64,000 nucleotides of DNA from Eledone cirrhosa (taxonomy: Eukaryota), in the NCBI GenBank assembly GCA_964016885.1, contig OZ024740.1:102052001-102116000 (forward strand), written 5' to 3'. The notes below the pieces were generated by a model that made no database searches, was not told where the DNA came from, and saw only the letters and a list, made by a program, of their open reading frames with translations. How positions within the stretch are numbered: position 1 is the first letter of the stretch; each line of letters opens with the position of its first letter. Shown here piece by piece: positions 12,806-26,100 of this stretch. The position numbers and the translations under genes were made by a program.

Positions 12806-13207
12806 GTTTGCAGGTTTGACAAAATAAACAATTACTGTGTTTGATTCAATCAACAACAGCCCTCTTCCTATAAATGTCTGGCCTTGTGCCAAAGCAATTT
12901 GAGGGAAATTTGGTTGTTATTTCTTCTAAGTCAGTCAACCATGTTATGGTTCCCTTATTGGCTCATTTTCCTGTTTATTTTTCTATTAGTAAAATTCTAA
13001 GTTTTATGTAACTTTGCTAAGAGACATAACTAAATATTGAAACAAAACAAAACAAAACAATTAACATCTTATCTTACCTACATTGTTGCAATACTAGCAT
13101 ATCTCAGACTTGGTTTCCTTTCCTTGCAATTCTTTCACAGTTACTGTGATAAAATATAGTTAATAATATATAAAAGAGAGTTATAGTTTGCTTGAAGCAT
13201 TGTGGAT

Positions 13208-13905
13208 TATAATAATAATCATGAAATTATTGTGTACAGTGCTCAGGTGCACAACAACTCATCAAATGTGAATGTATAGTATATAGAACAATTGTTTCTA
13301 CTTTTGACACAAGACCAGTAATTACCCCAGTGCATTACTGGTGCTTTATTTTATTGACCTCGTAAGGATGAAAGACAAAGTTAACCTCAGCAGTATTTGA
13401 ACTCAGACTGCAAAGGGCTATAACTCTATGCTACAAAGCATGGTGTCTGACACTCTACTGATACGGCCAATCCACCGTACAAATGCCTGGAAAGTGAACA
13501 GTCTATGATTTATGATATACACACAGACACATGCGTGTGTTGGCAAATTTCAGGAAGCATGGAAGTTTTGAAGGATGCAGTGTCAAGACAGCTAACAACT
13601 GATGCAGGTAGTTTGTTCCATGCTTCAACAACTCTGAGTGTGAAAATATGTTTCCAAAAGTTATGGCAGCTGTACTGTTTTCTGATTTTGTAAGCATGTC
13701 AAGGGTGTTAGCCATATGGAAATCAAAAAGGTGATCAGAGATGTTGTTGGAAAGATGGTTAATAATTTTATGGGTGTCTACCATGTGAGTTGCCAGACGT
13801 CGGAACTTTATGAAAAAGTTAGTTGCTTTTAGGAAATTGTGGGCCAGGTGTATAATAAGTTGTTGTACATTCACTGAAAGTACATCAATAGGATTGACTT
13901 GATAC
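13208..13905 (-). mobile_element. CR1/L2-group LINE 3' end remnant, interrupted by a SINE
   Basis: Minus-strand translation RRLATHMVDTHKIINH.../HAYKIRKQYSCHNFWKHIFTLRVVEAWNKLPASVVSCLDTASFK resembles the CR1 C-terminus (RVVxxWNxLPxxVV...SFK); (TTA)n tail; the tail recurs at 39684-39755. Confidence 0.7.
13290..13476 (-). mobile_element. tRNA-derived SINE with a Meta/MESC-like core, inserted in the CR1 3'UTR
   Basis: Reverse complement of GGTGGATTGGC...GAGTTCAAAT...CTTTCATCCTTACG..GTC.ATAAAATAAAG.ACCAG...AAAAGTAGAAACAATT. Confidence 0.8.
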
Positions 13906-13986
13906 ATGTGACCTACTCAGATGGTTTCATATGGAATTACCTACCTGGTTTCTTAAAACAGACATATTTTTAATCATTAATGTTTT

Positions 13987-14170
13987 GGTGAATTGGCAGT
14001 ATCGGTAGAGGGTCAGACATGCTTTCCAGCATAGTTACGTCCCTTGCCATTCTGAGTTCAATTCCCGCCGAGGTTAACTTTGCCTTTCATCCTTATGGGG
14101 TCGATAAAATAAAGTACCAGTAATGTACTGGGATAATTGCTGGCCTTGTGCCAAAAGTAGAAATAATTAA
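13987..14170 (+). mobile_element. tRNA-derived SINE (Meta/MESC-like core)
   Basis: A-box-like TGGCAGTATCGG, B-box GAGTTCAATTCC, core GCCTTTCATCCTTATGGGGTCGATAAAATAAAGTACCAG. Confidence 0.85.
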
Positions 14171-15051
14171 TGTTTTATAAGGTTATCAATCATCATCTCA
14201 TCATCTTCGTTTAACGTCCATTTTCCACGCTAGCATATTAAGGTGGTGAATTGTAATGTTAAATAATATAAAGGTGGAGTCATTAGAACACCAGAAAGAA
14301 TTCCTTGTGGGTGTAATTTCAAGGAGATTTTAATTGATATTTTTTGTGGGCTTGAATGACCACACAGTGACTTCCAGCTGACTTACAACCAATCCACAGA
14401 TCCACGAAGGCAGATATTTGGTGTTGAGTTGTTAGAAAATCAAATACAATGCCTGGGTGCAATTTCAAGATTTGGCCTCTATTTCTAACACTCAGAAGCT
14501 TAAGACCAATCCACACTTCTGTTACCCAGAATAGGCAAATATTTGATGTTATTGTTCAAGATGGCGAACTGATATTTTTTCTCCATCGTTGCCCTCTGAG
14601 TTTAGATATTTTTAAGGTTAACTTTGCCTTTCACCCTTTCAGAATCAATAAATAGATGAAATATAAGTCTAGATTGGTAGAATTGCTAGTGTTAAACGGT
14701 ATTTTTCCATTTTTTTTTTTTTTTTTTGCATTCTGAGAAAAAATTCTATCTTAATCTCTTGAAAGAAATAAAGGCTTTGGGATCTGTCATATGGTAATAG
14801 GGTCCCAATGACAGATAGAGTTATGTGTTATGGCAACATATTGCTTACATCAATATCCAAACCTTACTCAAACCAGGGTACGAGGGATATATATATATAT
14901 ATATATATAACCAAAGATTAAAATGGTTCATTGATTACTCAATGAATACAGTTTTATAATAGATTAAAAGCACTCAACAAAGAAATATTCCTGGAGTTTT
15001 AATATTATTCAAAATATTAACAAATGAAGATATTCACATAATCAAAATATG

Positions 15052-15116
15052 TTTTATTATATATATTTCGAAGGTACTGTGTTGTTTTATTTCCAGTACG
15101 TCCTCATCAGATAAAA
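15052..15116 (-). ncRNA. Type I hammerhead ribozyme motif
   Basis: Minus strand: UUUUAU-CUGAUGA-GGACGUACU[16 nt]AGUACCUUC-GAAA-UAUAUA-UA-AUAAAA; core intact, stems I and II pair, palindromic stem III. Confidence 0.75.
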
Positions 15117-16243
15117 TATATGATTTGATATATGACATCCCTATACGGTCTTGATATTTCAATTCCAGTATTGGCACTGATTTATTTCATCAAATCTCAA
15201 CATTTATATACCAGAAATAATAATATTATAAACTTAAAGAAGGAAAGGACGTGGAACAAATTAGAGATATAAGAGAGGGTGTAAAGAGGAGGAGATGCAA
15301 GAGAAAAATAATAAGAAAAAGAAAAAAAGAAAAAATACATATATAAATATTTAAATGAATAAATAGATGGGTGAGTAGAGGATGAAATATATATAAAAAA
15401 TAAGAAAAAGAAGAAATAACGACAAAAGAAATTATGGGTGGAATAAGTAGAAAAAACCGTTGTTTTCAAATATTAGGTCAATTGAAGGAACCAATCAATT
15501 AGCATAAACCATTGAATATCTCTAGTATTTGGTTATGGTTAAGCTAATTATACTTATAAACTATATCAAAATTAATCAATGTACATTACTTTTCATAGCC
15601 GTCACATATTTATTTAATTAAAAATTTATATAATTTAATTTAACTCATTATAGATTTTAATTTCTGGTTTAGGTAATATATTTCATAAGTATTTTGTTAC
15701 AACTTAAAAAAATGTTATCTTTAAAGCATATTTAAATATTATTAAACCTGCATTAAAAATATATATTAACATATATCGCCTTTATAAAATCGTTTCAAAT
15801 CTTTAATTATCATATAATTACAGGATTAAATTTTAGTTATATTTACTCTCAAAAGTTTTATTTCGTTAATTTATATTTACTTCAGTAATTACAAATTATT
15901 ACAGTTTCCTTTTAAAGAAATTCTTTTATTATTCAACTATATAATTTATATCAAAAATTAAAATAGCAAGCTATTCAAACAGAATAAAAAATATTTACAA
16001 AGAATGTAAACAAAAGGAAGATAACTCATTCATCATATGTGAGCATTAAACAATATATCTACTCTGAAATCTAGTGATATTTCTAAACCATAAATCAACA
16101 ATTGTCAAGTTAAATATTGAACTGTCCTGATCAAAACATAGGGTACAGAGACTAATAATGAAATTATTATAATAGATAAAACATCAATACATTATTACTC
16201 CAGTAAGGCAAACATTTTAAATATAAATATATTTATAAAATTA

Positions 16244-16732
16244 TTAATTGTCAATATTCTTTCGAAACTTGTATAATGCTTGGAATGTTTTACCGGTTCT
16301 ATGTTGGCAGCTGCTGAATAATTCGTTCTTCTTATTAATTAAATTGTGATAATTTGTAATTATCAATAGAGTCTCGAGATTGCAAAGATTGCAATTTGGC
16401 AAAATGGAAGCGTTCCGATAGGAATTGGCATTCTTTAACTGAGTCCAAGAGATGGAGTATTTAATATTCTTTTCCTTCAAAGACCATATTAATTGTGAGA
16501 GTGAAGTTGAAAATGTTTTGTCTGGTTTCGAAAAGGAATTTTTATGATTGTACCAACGAAGCTTAAACCCAGATGAAGTCGCACCAATGTAGTTATATAT
16601 ATTATTATTTGTCTTAATGGTGCATTTATATACTAGATTCTTGTCAAGGCAGTTATTTTGTAAGGGACATTCTGACTTCCTTCTACAGTTACATTTCTTC
16701 TCGATGTTATTTCTATACCCTAAACTATTCAT
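16244..16732 (-). pseudogene. Penelope-like GIY-YIG endonuclease domain
   Basis: CNC..CPL...C..NLVY-x11-YIG..F..RW.NH..SF...CNLC..E...INKKNEL..C.H pattern. Confidence 0.85.
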
Positions 16733-17421
16733 ATTATTTTATTATCTAAAGGTGTTCTACTATTATTCGTATTTAGGTTATTATTACTGTTATTCCCATT
16801 GAGTAATGTATTATTATTATTGTTGTTATTATCGCTATTTATGGTTTAAATTAAGATTTTTACTATTTATTTTTGCTATATTTTGAGCAATATTCAAAGT
16901 TTACAATGAGAGAGTCCATCCATACATACATATACAACACACACAGCCTGATGATGGTCAACACCTCCATACCAGTAATTGGTGTTAGACTTGTTATTGT
17001 TTTACTGAGAGGGCTGGGTTTAGTTTTGAAGGATGTGTTTGAATCTAATTTATGACTGGTATGGTATGTGTATTGTGGATGGGTATGGCTGTAGGATTAT
17101 GATTTGCATTTGCTTGAATTCATGGATAGCATGGTTTTGGTTTAGATTTGTCTATATTCTAGTTAAAGCAGATGATTGTCTTATACTCTCAGATCTTGAA
17201 TAATCGCCCCCTCCTCCCACTTATAATTACATTATAAAATGAATAGGATGGGTTGCAGTCTCAATATGTAAACTAAAGAACTAATTCTGGTTTTTAAAAA
17301 AATCAACAGTAGCAACCTAGAAAAATTACCGCCCCCACCCATACATACACACTTATTCCAATTTTCCCGCTTATTCCAACCCCCATATTATTTGGGACCC
17401 GAGAGTATATATATAACTATA

Positions 17422-17478
<57 letters not shown>

Positions 17479-17627
17479 CTGTATATATATGTGTGTATGT
17501 ATATATATATAACTATAGTAATAATAATAAATTTGAAGACTAAAATCCAAAGAGGGCTCGATAAGGATAAATATATATCAAATATATAAGAACCGTAGAG
17601 CAAATATTTATTAAAATAACAAATTAA

Positions 17628-17678
17628 AGTTTAAGCAAAGAATCGCTGCTTTCACCCTTAACGGGATCTTCTGAAACT
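17628..17678 (-). ncRNA. Hammerhead-like fold, variant core CAGAAGA (left-arm copy)
   Basis: Mirror copy of 17787-17837. Confidence 0.5.
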
Positions 17679-17786
17679 AACAAAGTCAATCTGTAAACGC
17701 AGAACTGGATATTTCAAAAAACAGTCTTCCTCCGGTTGCAACGTTTTTTGAAATATCCAGTTCTGCATTTACAGATTGACTTTGTT

Positions 17787-17837
17787 AGTTTCAGAAGATC
17801 CCGTTAAGGGTGAAAGCAGCGATTCTTTGCTTAAACT
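17787..17837 (+). ncRNA. Hammerhead-like fold, variant core CAGAAGA (right-arm copy)
   Basis: AGUUU-CAGAAGA-UCCC-GUUAA-GGGU-GAA-AGCA-GCGAUUCUU-UGCU-U-AAACU: stems I, II and III all pair; U4 is replaced by A. Confidence 0.55.
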
Positions 17838-17913
17838 TTAATCTGTTATTTTAATAAATATATATATAACTATATATATGTGTGTGTATATATATATATA
17901 TATATATAAAACC

Positions 17914-17997
17914 ACATGATATTACAGCTTCTATTAAATACTTTATATATATATATATATATATATATAGTATTTAATAGAAGCTGTAATATCATGT
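17914..17997. repeat. Palindrome: 29-bp perfect inverted arms around a (TA)n tract
   Basis: ACATGATATTACAGCTTCTATTAAATACT ... AGTATTTAATAGAAGCTGTAATATCATGT. Confidence 0.9.
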
Positions 17998-18009
17998 TGT
18001 TACATTTAT

Positions 18010-18590
18010 AGCTACAGTTTTCAGTGACTATTATTTTTGTTATGGCACTTATTTATTCAAGTCTTCTCTGCATTGCTGCTTTGTGGGTTTATGTTGAACA
18101 GCTCTTATCACATGTGAGATAGATCTGGCTATCAGCTGGTTTTATTGTGAAGATCAACCCCCTTGCCTTCTTGTAGTAAGAAAGAGTAAATAGTCTTCTA
18201 CCTGGTGGCTAGTGCAAACAAAGTTTTGTAGTGATTGTAGTTGAAAGGTTTGTGAACAGCTTTTCCTATCAGGTAGATCCTTCATCAACTTCTTTAAAAA
18301 TCACTTGATGAAGTGTGGATGAAAAGAGTTTGCAGTAAATTTTATGAAATGTGGATAAAATTCAAAAAATAATTAATGCTGTATGATTGTACTCTATTTA
18401 CCTGTATGTTGGTAACAAGAACTTAAAGCATGCACTTGCCATTTGTATGTCAAAATAATCCAACTTGTTTGCTAAGTGTATATCTTACCCTTTTATTTTA
18501 TCATTTCTATGTAAACCCCAATCTTGATATTATAATCTATCTTTGTATGGGCTCCTTTATCTGATGCCTGTGTGGCAAATAAAAGAAATC
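18010..18590 (+). mobile_element. Degenerate L1/Tx1-like LINE 3' end; a related minus-strand end may lie at ~32870-33160
   Basis: Broken translation IAALWVYVEQLLSHV...LSAGFIVKINP...SGRSFINFFKNHL resembles Tx1-type C-termini; AATAAAAGAAAT tail; recognition only. Confidence 0.45.
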
Positions 18591-19226
18591 AATGGATTGG
18601 CAGAATCGGTAGAGCGTCGGACAATATGCTTAGTGGCATAAAGTTACAGCCCTTTACATTCTGAGTTCAAATCCTGCAGAGGTTAGCTTTGCCTTTCATT
18701 CCAAAAAAATTGCTGGCCTTTTGCCTAAACCAGAAACTATTATTATTATTGTTATTATTATTTTTACTATTAGTACTATATATTTTTTTGGGGGGAGGGG
18801 GGGGGGGGGGGGGGGGGGGGTTTCTCTTTTTTTTAATATATATTCTTCCCTATCATGCTTCACATCAGGCATCTATTAAGAGTTTCCTTGTTACACTTAA
18901 TGTACCATTCACCTATCTCCAGCATAAAATACCTATCTGCTAAAACTTCATTGCCTGTGTCTACATTTACTTATTTATGTATTTATTTATATAAGTCTAT
19001 TGTTTTATTTTCCTTCTCTTCCATCTTGGTTTTCTTTTCATTTTTTCTATATTTCATTTTTTATACCATCTGTAACCATGTACACATATACAAACACACA
19101 GTAAATATATAGAATGTATATATATATATAAATATATAGAATGTACCATATATATACCATCATTATTGTGTATGCATTTATATAATATATATCTTGTGCA
19201 TATAAACACACACACACACACATATA

Positions 19227-19265
<39 letters not shown>

Positions 19266-21771
19266 GTGTGTGGGTATATATATATATGCAAAACATATAT
19301 ATTATATATATAAATGCATACACAATGATGATGGTATATATATATATCGTACATTCTATATATTTATATATATATATTTATATACATTCTATATACATAT
19401 ATATATATATTTGAATATATGATGTGTTGTGTATATAAGTTCATTTTTCACTGCACTCTTAATAAAACATTAAGTCCATTGATTGAAAAATAAAAAAATA
19501 ATCTACAACTTGAGATGAAAAAGAATCAACAAAATATATGACACAAAACAGAATTACAATAGTTGGGGGTGGTAATGTGTACTGAACCGTGGTGGAAGAA
19601 TGTTTTGGTTTTGTTAAAGGAAAACAAGAAAATGGTATTGGAATTATATAGGGTGCTGATGGAAGTGTGGGGAGGGAGTCAGCTAGAAAATATTGTCTAG
19701 GATGAAGAAATTTCCTGTTTTTTCTATCCCTTTCTCTTTTTTTTCTCATTTTCTCTATCCAATTCACTATTTATCTCTATATTAGTGTGTGTATGTGTTT
19801 GTGTGTGTCTGTGTAATATAATACATTTAGTCTAAGAGAAAAAAGTTATCTAGAGTTGTATTTACCTTTGAATGCAGTTAAGTTAGGCAGAAATACACTA
19901 AGGGATGATTTCTTTGAAAAGTTCTAGGTATTGGAGGAGCAAGCCCCCTAAATAATTTTCATTGTAAAGGGAGTTTAAATAGACAGAAAACATATGCTTA
20001 GTTTAACAGCACTAACTAAGGAATAGCTAAGCTAAAGTCCTCTTTGAAAAGACTGCCAGCTGGAAACCTTAGATTTTGTTTGTTGTTGTTGTCGTTTTTG
20101 TTGGTACCAGGAGATTCAGCGCTCATTCAAGAAAACAGAAAGAAAGCAGAGTAATCTATGTGAAGAGTATAAAGAATGACAAGTATAAGAACAAAAAGAG
20201 GCACAGAGATAGTAATATGAAAACAAAATGTAAAGAAAAGAAGAAAATAGGGAGTAGAAAAAGATAAAGGAGTGTTTATACTTGGCAGTTAGAAGCACAC
20301 ATATGGCGGGAATTCAGGTTTCTGCTACAAGAAGCAAATGAGATTTCCAAAATGTTTAATACACAAGGGAGAATTCGCAGAATGCAAAATGAATAAATAA
20401 AACGCCTGACAAGTATATTTGAAGGTAAGCTGTTAGGCCTGTGAATGTGTTTATGTGTATTCTTTTATTCTTTCACTGGTTTCAGTCATTTGACTGTGGC
20501 CACACTGGGGCACTGAATTCAAGGGATTTTGTTAGATCATTTCAACCCAGGTACTTAATTTTTATTTAGTATGGTACTTTTATTGATCTCTATTTGTCAA
20601 ACAGCTAAGTTACCAGTTACAAACAAACAATGGTGACAGGCTTCTGCACAGTTTCTGTCTACCAATTTCACTAGCAAGGCATTGGTCAATCTGAAGCTAC
20701 AGTAGAAAACATTTTTATAAAGTGTGACACAATGAATTTGAACCCAAAACCACATGATTTGACAGGCTTATACAGTTTATATCTACAGAATTTTGTTCAC
20801 AAGATGTAGGTCCACCCGAAACTATGGTAGAAGACACTTGCCCAAGGTGTTGCACATTAGATTCAAACCTAATTAGACTAAACTACATGGTTGTGAAGCA
20901 AACTCCTTAACCACAGAGCTTTACCTTGCAGCAACAATAATGTACAGCTTATGTTTTTGTTCTATGATCAAAGATATTCCAATCATATGATCCTATCAAA
21001 GTATCCTTCTTTGTTTAAAGACAGTGCCTATAATTTTCAAATCATTTTGCAAATAATCTAGAATTTTTAAGATTCAGTAATATAACTATTTTTATATTAT
21101 TAAGCTAGTATTTGGAATATAACAAATATTTTTATATAAAATTATGAGGGAAAGTGTTTAAATGAATTTAATCACTTTGAAACAAATAGCTTTGAATTAT
21201 AGAACCAAGGAAAAATTCAGGCGGTTTGGTATAAAAAAAATATTAAGACAGTAGGATGGGATTTAAAAGAAGTTTGGCTGCTATTTCTAGCAGGTTTAAA
21301 ATCAGAATATAGGCTTCATCATTGGCTTACAAAGAAGTAATTTTGAGGAAGAAGTGTATCTAGTGAAAAATCAACATGAAGGATCGATTTACTATGACAT
21401 GAAGCAAGACCACAATAACATAAGTTTTTTTAAAAAGACAGCAGGGATTCTTTAACATGAATTCGTATGAAGTATTAAATTGTGTGAAAAGGTAATGAAC
21501 CTGATATACAAGGTTAATTATAGCAAGCCGAAGCCAACTTAGTTATAGTTAGCTAATCCCAATAGAGAAATTAGGCAACTAACGGAGTGTAAAACATCCC
21601 CAGCATTATCATCATCACTGTCATCAACTTCATTGCTATCATTGTCATGTTCTCCAGAGTAGTGAGAGAAAGCTTTCCCTGCTGTAACTCTATATACCCC
21701 AAGGTAGCAGAGTTATCATCCTTCAGCTAACTCACCATCATTTTCAAAAGTAGGAGCACACAAGACTGTTT

Positions 21772-21975
21772 TAACCCTTTAGCCTAAATAATATCAAAAA
21801 CCTGCTATATCCGGCCAAGATTCTCTCACCTCTTTCTGTTGAAGCCGGCCGTAACTGGCCACTCATACTGATGTTAAGGTATTTTTCTCAAAATAAATAA
21901 TATCAAAATCTCATGGATTCAATATTATGTGAGATAAAGCTTTTACCATGAAAAAAAGACAACATAGCATACAAT
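21772..21975. mobile_element. piggyBac-like MITE, related to 28145-28352 (right end not seen)
   Basis: TTAACCCTTTAGC start and ~190 bp of clear similarity to the 28145 copy. Confidence 0.7.
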
Positions 21976-22119
21976 GAAAATGGTGACCCTAACTCGATCT
22001 GAGATCAGACAATGAACATTGACCCCTTCCAAACTGATATACCAAATATCTGATATGCTGGATTATCAGGTCATTAACTTTGTAGACTTAATCTGGCACA
22101 TTGTTTAACACAACCACAT

Positions 22120-22380
22120 GGCCCTGGGATGTCTTTAGCAGCTTCAGTTGAACTCCATTTACATGTATAGGGTGCACTGCACAGACTTCCTTGAGAGGAC
22201 GAGTGTCTCAGTTTTCACAGCCCTGATTTTCATTCCAGCTATGCAGTACTCGGCATCAAACCTATCGAGTGCAAGTCGGATATCACCTTCTGTCGAGTTT
22301 AATAATACCATGTCATCTGCAAATTCCAGCTGACTGATTCTACATTTGTCAGTCATGATGCCACTTTCAATCCGGTGGCA
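22120..22380 (-). pseudogene. RT fragment of a second RTE family (Rex3/Expander-like)
   Basis: RISQLEFADDMVLLNSTEGDIRLALDRFDAEYCIAGMKI..KTETLVLSRKSVQCTL; FADD catalytic motif. Confidence 0.8.
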
Positions 22381-23160
22381 CATCATCATCATCATCATCA
22401 TCACCGTTTTACGTCCGTTCTTCCACGCTAGCATGGGTTAGACGGGTTGTCCTGTTGTGGGCAGTGTCTGGTCGGCTGACCATGCCTTGCTCATACAGGA
22501 ACTGACTTGGCTTGATTTCTACAGCTGGATGCCCTTGCTAACACCAACCTCATTTACAGTGAGTGCTGGGTGCTTTTTCGTGGCGCCTACACGTCCACTT
22601 TACAGTGTGGGCTGGGTGCTTTTTTGCCATGGCACCGCCACGACCACCTTGCAGTGGGAGGGTGTGGGGGCATATTGTCTATATGCTTCAGCTTGTACCT
22701 ATGGGAGGTCAGGTACTCTGTATTACTGCGTGACGCCAGAGGTCACGGTTGTGTGTCATCGCCTTTGAGAGGTGTAATTGGGTAAGGTCAGCTTTTATCA
22801 CCTCATCCCAGGTCTTCTTGGGTCTCCCCACTCCACGGTTTCCATCGACTTCTAGTGCTCTGCACCTTTTTATGCAGCTGTCATCCTTCATATGCATCAC
22901 ATGTCCATACCAATGCATCCGCCTCTCCTGCACACAGCATTTGATTCCTCTTATGCTCAGTCTCTCTCTCAATTCATTTATGCTTTGTCGTTCGCGTATA
23001 TTACTATTACACATCCATCGGAGCATGCAGGCTTCGTTTCTCTCTAATCTACGTAAGTCTTCCACCTGCAGCGCCCAGGTCTCACTACCATGTAACATTG
23101 CTGTTCGGATACACGCATCATACAGTCTGCCTTTCATTTTGAGGGAGAAGCCTTTTGTCA
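22381..23160 (-). mobile_element. 5'-truncated RTE LINE (RT C-terminus, 3'UTR, (GAT)n), sister subfamily of 9641-12630
   Basis: ORF 22709-23161 KGFSLKMKGRLYDAC...RPKKTWDEVIKADL; 3'UTR with ~45-50-bp subrepeats. Confidence 0.92.
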
Positions 23161-26100
23161 ATCCTATTCATGAAAATAATGAACAGGAAAGGTGACTGTA
23201 CACTCGCTTGGTGCTCTTTTTAGTGATTGATACAATAAAGTACCAATCCAGGGTGGTGAAATGGCAGGATTGTTAGGGCATCAGACAAGATCCCCTACAG
23301 TATTTGTTCTCAGCCTATGTTCAAATCCTGCTCTGGCCTGTTTGGGTAGTAGATTTAATCTGTTAGTCATGTTAACACTACTGCCTGGCCTTTGGGACCC
23401 TTTAAACCTTTAGCAGAATTCTCTGTTTTAAGCATTCAGAGTAGGTCTCCTGTTTAAGGGTACCTCCTCATACAAGTCTCAAAGGTCTTGAAAAGAGTCA
23501 TGGGCACTTATTTTTGGACATTCTATCAAATATCATATACATTTAATAGAAATTCTGTTTTCATTAACATATATTCACTGCTTTTGGTTTTCAGTATATT
23601 TTGAAAATAAGAATTTAAAGGGAAATAGTGATGGTGTTTAGAACATAACTCAATAAAGATTCTTACATAAAATTATGATGGAAGGTTTTTTAGATAAATA
23701 TGAACGCTTTAAAACCAAAGTTTTGTATTATAGCTTCAGAGGTGATATCAGGTGATTAAACTCTCTCAACATGTTTCATTATAGTATAGTTTATAAGCTC
23801 CTATCCCACAACTGTTGCCATTTAACTTAATTATTATTCCTTCTTTTTTATTATTATATTTCCTCCAAGATACTGTAAGTTAAATGGCTGTATTTGTTTC
23901 ATATCTAGTGAACAAGGAGTAACTTTCTCTCTCTAGATAAGATAAGATGATACTATATACAAGATAAGATTATCTTGGATAGCTTACTAGTCTATTACAA
24001 TAATACCATATCAAGTTAACCCCCCATAAAGCTAAATTTTCTTCAAATACACAACAAAATTTGTAATGTTAGCATTAGAATGAAAACTTGTAAAATACCC
24101 AAAGTACTGCCTGTTCTATCATTTTATCACTCCTCTACACCCTTCTTCTTTACTGACTCTGCACAATACATTTTCAAACGAGGGACAGGCCTCCTTCTTC
24201 TCCTCCTCCTCCACTCCAATCAAGAGTGTCTGTGTAGTCACAGAACTTGCAAGAAAAAGCAGCCAAATCTCCCTCTTTAAAATGAATGAGACATTCAATA
24301 ATGGAGTTCTAAATATGGTATGCCTGAAAAAGATAGGTCAGTCATGTCTAGGACAACATTGATTATGTTTTTACTCAAGCATAATTGACCTGGGGCTAAG
24401 CAACAACTATATAATACATTTTCATGTGTTTCCAATTCTCCAGAGGCTTTAATGCATGCAGACCCATTACTGGAGATGGGAGGAACACTGGTGGCCACTA
24501 CACCCAACACACACTTTTCAGTGGTGCATCCTCAAATTTAGGGAAATTTACAGTTATATGCTTGTTCTGAAGCTACCCATCCACCTCCATTCACCAAAGC
24601 CTGGTGATGGGCCTGACTATTTGCCTGATTGTTTGTGATGACAATCTGCTTGTGACATTTCCTTTGTAGCCAGAGTCAGTTTGTGCAGTCACAATAAAAG
24701 TATTTTATCTATCTTCTTACCTGAGCATTCTTAGATCCTTTTTATTGTTAGTTAATCAATAAGAATAACATTTGAAATAGAGAAAAGACTGCTCTACTCC
24801 AATAGCTATATACTCATATTTAATAATTTATTTATTTCTTCAAATCAGTCTTTTCATCCCATTCTCCTGATCTTTTCTTGCCCATTCCAGCACATCACCA
24901 TCAATTACTGCCAGCACCACCACCACCACCACCAACACCACCATCACAACGATTAATACTATCATGATTAGCATCATCAATCTGTGAAAACACTAATTTC
25001 TCTTTGTTACTTTCTTCCTCAATCACTTATACAACATTTCCGGTACTCTTCATTTTTATTTCAGCACAATAGGTTATCAATTTACTAACTAGTTCTCCAA
25101 ACTTAGTCGTACAGACAACCAAATTATTCACCTGACTAAAAATCACGAAGCCTAACTACACATTTGCTTCTGGTCCTATGATCATGACTACCATGCTCAT
25201 TGGAGTAGCCAACCGAATGCTGAGATGGCTATTAAAGTCTAGCAGTGTAATAGAAATGTCTTTGTTAATGACAAAGCTAGCTAGTTACAAGGAAAAATGC
25301 TTGGTATCACCTACTAAAAATAACTAATGCACTTCGACTGACTAAACACAGCCTATCACTCATGAATTTGTCAAATTATTAAGCTGAAATATTCACTTCA
25401 TATTAAATATCTTCAAATTACTGAAGCTGATAAAGCTGGTCTGAGAAAGCATTAAAAAAATGATTTGTCTTCATCAAATGAGAGATTTTCTCTTGGACAG
25501 CTAGATAGTTTACTACAGTTTAATTTAGCCAGAAGATCTTTAGTTCTCATTCTCTATGGATTATTACAATCATTGGAGCATCACACAAAATGCTTTGTAG
25601 CATTTCTCCTTTCCCTTTACATTCTGAATTTGAATTCCACAAATGTCAACTTTACCTTTTGTCCTTCAGATGTCAATAAAATAAAGTGACAGCCATATAG
25701 CGAGTTTGATTTGTTTGACTGATATTAGTGTCTCCCAAGCTTCTTGAAGCAAAAGACTATAGCTGAGAGACCCAATTGGATTTTTTTCTTTCTTTGCGCT
25801 CTTAAGGCTGGTGATAGTGTAAACTTCATCTGTTACAATACTCCATTAAGACACAGCAATGACCCCAGGCATTGTAATTTTGAAAGATATTCATGCAGTC
25901 AGTCAAACATCTATCACTTCATTTTCCATAATGAGAGCATTTGTTAAAGGAAACTGTAAGGAAGCTTGTGGTATTATCACCATCACCATTTAATATCTAT
26001 TTACCATAGACACATTTCTGTTTATGTATTTTGCTTTCACACTTAACATAACAGACACTGATGAGACAAAGATTCCTGCTTGCCTTTAAAAAAACAAATA

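Larger units (their letters stand above)
14910..16900 (-). mobile_element. Penelope-like element 3' remnant (GIY-YIG ORF, long AT-rich 3' region, hammerhead)
   Basis: GIY-YIG ORF 16244-16732, linker remnant NIAQNIAKINSKNL near 16850-16900, and a same-strand hammerhead at 15052-15116; boundaries approximate. Confidence 0.7.
17604..17861. repeat. Near-perfect fold-back: 119-bp inverted arms (2 mismatches seen), 20-bp spacer
   Basis: 17604-17722 is the reverse complement of 17743-17861. Confidence 0.95.

Noticed and set aside
16945-16990. Hammerhead candidate CTGATGA-TGGT...ACCA-GTAA
   Set aside because: GAAA is replaced by GTAA and stems I/III are not convincing; at most a fossil.
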